This document shows positions 60,933-64,000 of a DNA stretch of 64,000 nt, in pieces. Under the pieces are notes generated by a model. It saw nothing but the letters and a program-made list of their open reading frames with translations. It was not told the DNA's origin and ran no database searches. Positions within the stretch are counted from its first letter, which is position 1. Each line of letters starts with the position of its first letter. Both the position numbers and the translations under genes were made by a program. The DNA is from Rubripirellula sp. (GTDB lineage: Bacteria; Planctomycetota; Planctomycetia; Pirellulales; Pirellulaceae): NCBI GenBank assembly GCA_029245125.1, contig JAQWPZ010000208.1:1111-65110 (forward strand), in the 5' to 3' direction.

Positions 60933-62798
60933 TTACTGACCAACGATTCCCAATTCGGAGATTGAAGCCCAAGGTCCCGAATTCACTTCTGACAAGACTC
61001 GAATACGCAAATATCTTCCCGCAGTCGCCTCGCAATCAACCTCCTGTGCTTGCTTGATCTTTTTGAAAGTCGTTTTTGCAATTGGCTCGCCCCAAGTCTC
61101 CAAATCCGTCGCGAGATAAAACTCACAATCCTTGACCGCCCCATTCCATCCACCATCTTGCCGAGCCAAGTAACGAAACCCTGAAATGGTGTAAAGCTTT
61201 CCCAAATCGATGACGACTTCATGAGGGTGCTTCAGCACTTTTGGAGAAAAACTAGAATGCCAATGCGTCCGGGGATCGCCGTCGACAATTGCCTCGGCGA
61301 CGCGATTCGCTCCGGCTTGGCTGCTAACCCGCACAATCCGAAAGTCTCGGTTAGGAACCAGCCCCTCGATAGGCAAGGCGTTGGCCTGTGTGCGACGTTT
61401 GGGGCGACCACCAAACTTTGCCTGCCGATCACGCTCATGGAGCGCGGGGTTGTGAAAGGACCCCGTCACTACTGCAACATGAGCCTCATCGGCATAGTTC
61501 TGAAGGCGTTTCAAATCGCTCGGATATTTTGCTGACACTTCCTTCGCCTCGCTTGGGTCCGACCGTAGATCATAAAGTTCCCAACCACCTCGGCCTGACC
61601 GCACCGCTTTCCAAGACTCTTCACGAACAGCGATTTGATCCCCCAGTTCCCAATACAGGTACTGATGCTGGCTCTGCTTGCGGCCCGCTGCCTCCTCACC
61701 AATCAATTCGGGAACGATTGAAATCCCATCGATATCATCTGGAGTTGAAGCACCGGTCAGTTCAGCGATCGTTGGCATCACATCTGGAAAATACCACAAC
61801 AGATTACTCACTCGACTGGCAGCGATTTTCCCCGGCCATCGCATCACCATGGGGATTCTTAGTCCGCCTTCATACAGCGTTCCCTTGGTCCCACGAAATT
61901 CGACGCCTGTGAGCGGATCGCGATTGGCGCCATGAAAACCACGCGGATGATCGGCGTCGCGAAAATAGTCGTTCCCGCCGTTGTCACCACAGAAAACGAC
62001 AAGTGTATCTTCTTCGAGACCAAGCTCAGCCAGTTGATCCAGCACCTCTCCGACTTGCCTATCCACCATCGAAACCATCGCAGCATATCTCTTGGCTTGC
62101 TCCGGCCACGGTTTGTCGCGATAAAGTTCCCACGCGGGATCGCCGTCGGGAATATCAAAAATGCCATGTGGTGGAGTGATCGGCATGTAGCAAAAGAACG
62201 GCTGATCACGATTTGAGCGAATAAATTCCAACGCCGCCTTGTAGATCACATCGTGTGAATAGGTTTCTCCATCACTCAAGCCACGATTCCCTTTCAGTGG
62301 AACTTCGTCACTGTTCCGCACCAAGTAAGGCGGGTAGTAACTGTGAGCATGGACTTGGTCGTAGTATCCAAAGAACACATCAAAACCATGTTCTTCTGGG
62401 ACTCCGGTTGAACCACGGCCTCCGCAGCCCCATTTCCCGAAACCACCGGTTGCATAACCTCGTGCCTTCAAGATCGAAGCAATCGTTAGTTCGCCGCTCC
62501 GCAGAGGCGTTCCACCACCGTTACTGCGGACAGAAGTGTGCCCACTATGCTTGCCGGTCATTAGACAACAACGAGTGGGTGCACAGACGCTCGAGCCGGC
62601 CAATGCCTGAGTAAACCGAATCCCTTGACTCGCCATCTCATCGATGCGGGGCGTCTGAATGGTCGCGTTCCCCAGACACGATAACTCGTAGTAACCGAGT
62701 TCATCCGCCATGATATAAACGATGTTGGGTGTTTCAGTGGCCAACCCCCAACCGGGGAACAACATCAGGGCGGAGAGAAGAAGTAAACGCATCATCAT
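60933..62798 (-). CDS. Arylsulfatase (formylglycine-dependent) with a C-terminal F5/8 type C (discoidin) domain
   Basis: PNIVYIMADELG, CAPTRCCLMTG (CxPxR), GKWG, GDNGG, KGTLYEGGLR, ELYDL; C-terminal DGDPRTHWHS...VIDLG...GFRYLAR. Confidence 0.93.
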   Translation of the reverse strand: MMMRLLLLSALMLFPGWGLATETPNIVYIMADELGYYELSCLGNATIQTPRIDEMASQGIRFTQALAGSSVCAPTRCCLMTGKHSGHTSVRSNGGGTPLRSGELTIASILKARGYATGGFGKWGCGGRGSTGVPEEHGFDVFFGYYDQVHAHSYYPPYLVRNSDEVPLKGNRGLSDGETYSHDVIYKAALEFIRSNRDQPFFCYMPITPPHGIFDIPDGDPAWELYRDKPWPEQAKRYAAMVSMVDRQVGEVLDQLAELGLEEDTLVVFCGDNGGNDYFRDADHPRGFHGANRDPLTGVEFRGTKGTLYEGGLRIPMVMRWPGKIAASRVSNLLWYFPDVMPTIAELTGASTPDDIDGISIVPELIGEEAAGRKQSQHQYLYWELGDQIAVREESWKAVRSGRGGWELYDLRSDPSEAKEVSAKYPSDLKRLQNYADEAHVAVVTGSFHNPALHERDRQAKFGGRPKRRTQANALPIEGLVPNRDFRIVRVSSQAGANRVAEAIVDGDPRTHWHSSFSPKVLKHPHEVVIDLGKLYTISGFRYLARQDGGWNGAVKDCEFYLATDLETWGEPIAKTTFKKIKQAQEVDCEATAGRYLRIRVLSEVNSGPWASISELGIVGQ

Positions 62799-62887
62799 CC
62801 CAGTGGTTACTTGGAGAGGCAGACTGCCAACTCCCCAATGTACCTTGAACCACCTGCCGGCGTGATGATGCGGCTTACCGCGATTTA

Positions 62888-64000
62888 CTAGGAGCCCAAC
62901 TCGACATCAATCTTGGCTTCGTCCGCAGCTTCGCGGAGTTTTGTCAGGGCCCTCGCCTCCAGTTGACGAATCCGCTCCTTGGTCACTCCCATTTCCTCGC
63001 CGACCTGCTTCAACGTCAGTGGCTCCGTTCCACGCCCCAGTCCGAACCGAGCCGTAATAATCTTTTGCTCGCGTTCGTCGAGGCGATTCAGGATTTTCGA
63101 TAGTTCACGCTGACGCGATCGTTGTACGGTTTCCTCGGCGTACGGATCGCGCCGATCGTCTTGGCGGGCGACAAACAATTCTTCGGTCGTAGTGCGAAAA
63201 CGATCTCGATGTTTGAATTCACTCGGAATCGTTCGAGCGAAGTTTTTCATAATCGCCCAAGACGCGTAGGTGCTGAACTTATTGCCACGCGAGTAATCGA
63301 ATTTTTCGACGGCGCGGATCAGTGACATGTTCCCATCGCTAACTAGCGCAAAGAAGTCGTCTGTACTAGCGACGTGTCGCTTCGCAATGGAGACGACCAA
63401 TCTCAGATTACTTTGCACAACCTTGTTTTTCACCAGCACAGCGGCTTCGTAGAGATCATCAATCTCATCCATCACCGCAGTCTTGCTGCCTTGGGTCTCT
63501 TCCAGACCTTCACGCAGCCTGCTCGCCTTGTGCTTCAAATAATTCATCTTGCGAAACAAGTGATATTCTTGTTCACGCGTCAGCAGTGCGACGTCATAGA
63601 GGGCCGCCAAATAACTCGGCAAGCCCGACGGTACACGCACCTTGCGGGGCGCGGAAGCAGGTTCGGGTACTGGCCCGAGGTATTCCGCTTCGCGGGTCGC
63701 ATCCTCAAAGTCCTCGTTGTAGATGTAATCTAGGGGCAGCTCGAGAATTCGCTCCATTCGCATGTCAAGCAAAATGCGTTGAATGCTGGTTCGCGTTCGC
63801 TTGAAACGCTTGCACAGCCGTGCCACCGAAGCACCGTGCACGTGCAACTTGAAAATCGCCCGTTTGTCTTCCTCCGTCAGTACTCCACGATGGTCAGGAA
63901 AGATCGCCAAAGCTCGATTTTCAGCGTCAAAATTCTTCAGCGTATACCGAATAGTCTCGGGACTCCGTTTCATTTGCTGGGCCAGTTGCCGCGTGATTTC
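62888..64000 (-). CDS. Sigma-70 family sigma factor with N-terminal HTH repeats (5' end beyond the window)
   Basis: Region 2 NLRLVVSIAK...GNMSLIRAVEKFDYSRGNKFSTYASWAI and region 4 TLKQVGEEMGVTKERIRQLE. The frame stays open to position 64000 (EITRQLAQQMKRSPETIRY). Confidence 0.9.
   Translation of the reverse strand, partial: EITRQLAQQMKRSPETIRYTLKNFDAENRALAIFPDHRGVLTEEDKRAIFKLHVHGASVARLCKRFKRTRTSIQRILLDMRMERILELPLDYIYNEDFEDATREAEYLGPVPEPASAPRKVRVPSGLPSYLAALYDVALLTREQEYHLFRKMNYLKHKASRLREGLEETQGSKTAVMDEIDDLYEAAVLVKNKVVQSNLRLVVSIAKRHVASTDDFFALVSDGNMSLIRAVEKFDYSRGNKFSTYASWAIMKNFARTIPSEFKHRDRFRTTTEELFVARQDDRRDPYAEETVQRSRQRELSKILNRLDEREQKIITARFGLGRGTEPLTLKQVGEEMGVTKERIRQLEARALTKLREAADEAKIDVELGS

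Noticed and set aside
60742-61035. N-terminal extension of the U32 protein overlapping the sulfatase 3' end
   Set aside because: The family N-terminus (ELLSPAG) follows ATG 60741, so the extension would overlap the sulfatase gene needlessly.

Overview
A gene-dense 64-kb chromosomal window from a planctomycete, most likely Pirellulaceae. The assignment is inferred from DUF1549/DUF1553/PSCyt and DUF1501 proteins, an ECF sigma-Ser/Thr kinase pair, and many secreted hydrolases and a sulfatase. No rRNA, tRNA, CRISPR array, integrase or transposase was seen. About 40 CDS are supportable. Signalling: REC-HD-GYP, a PAS hybrid kinase, a CHASE4 kinase coupled to REC-GGDEF-EAL, an FHA-GAF-class III cyclase, an ECF sigma plus a kinase with a TAXI-like sensor, and a partial atypical sigma-70. 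Pilus: a partial Tad/Flp locus (flp, a 36-aa ORF, cpaA, cpaB, cpaC, cpaE). Amino-sugar/ester catabolism: nagB, nagA and two acetylesterase-like hydrolases. Housekeeping: sucB, pepA, a UbiD-family decarboxylase, a pteridine-reductase-like SDR, mpg, treZ and an RlhA-like U32 protein. The strongest unannotated signal is a clear c-di-GMP-I (GEMM) riboswitch in a long, hairpin-rich leader ahead of the Flp pilin gene, followed by an unannotated 36-aa membrane peptide. Other leads are a membrane-anchored DNase-I-fold protein lacking its catalytic residues, a class III cyclase with Asp at the base-specifying Lys position, a kinase-TAXI fusion whose partner ECF lacks the usual phospho-Ser, and a recurrent pattern of 11-19-bp tandem duplications. 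All family calls come from motif recognition by eye; no database searches were run.
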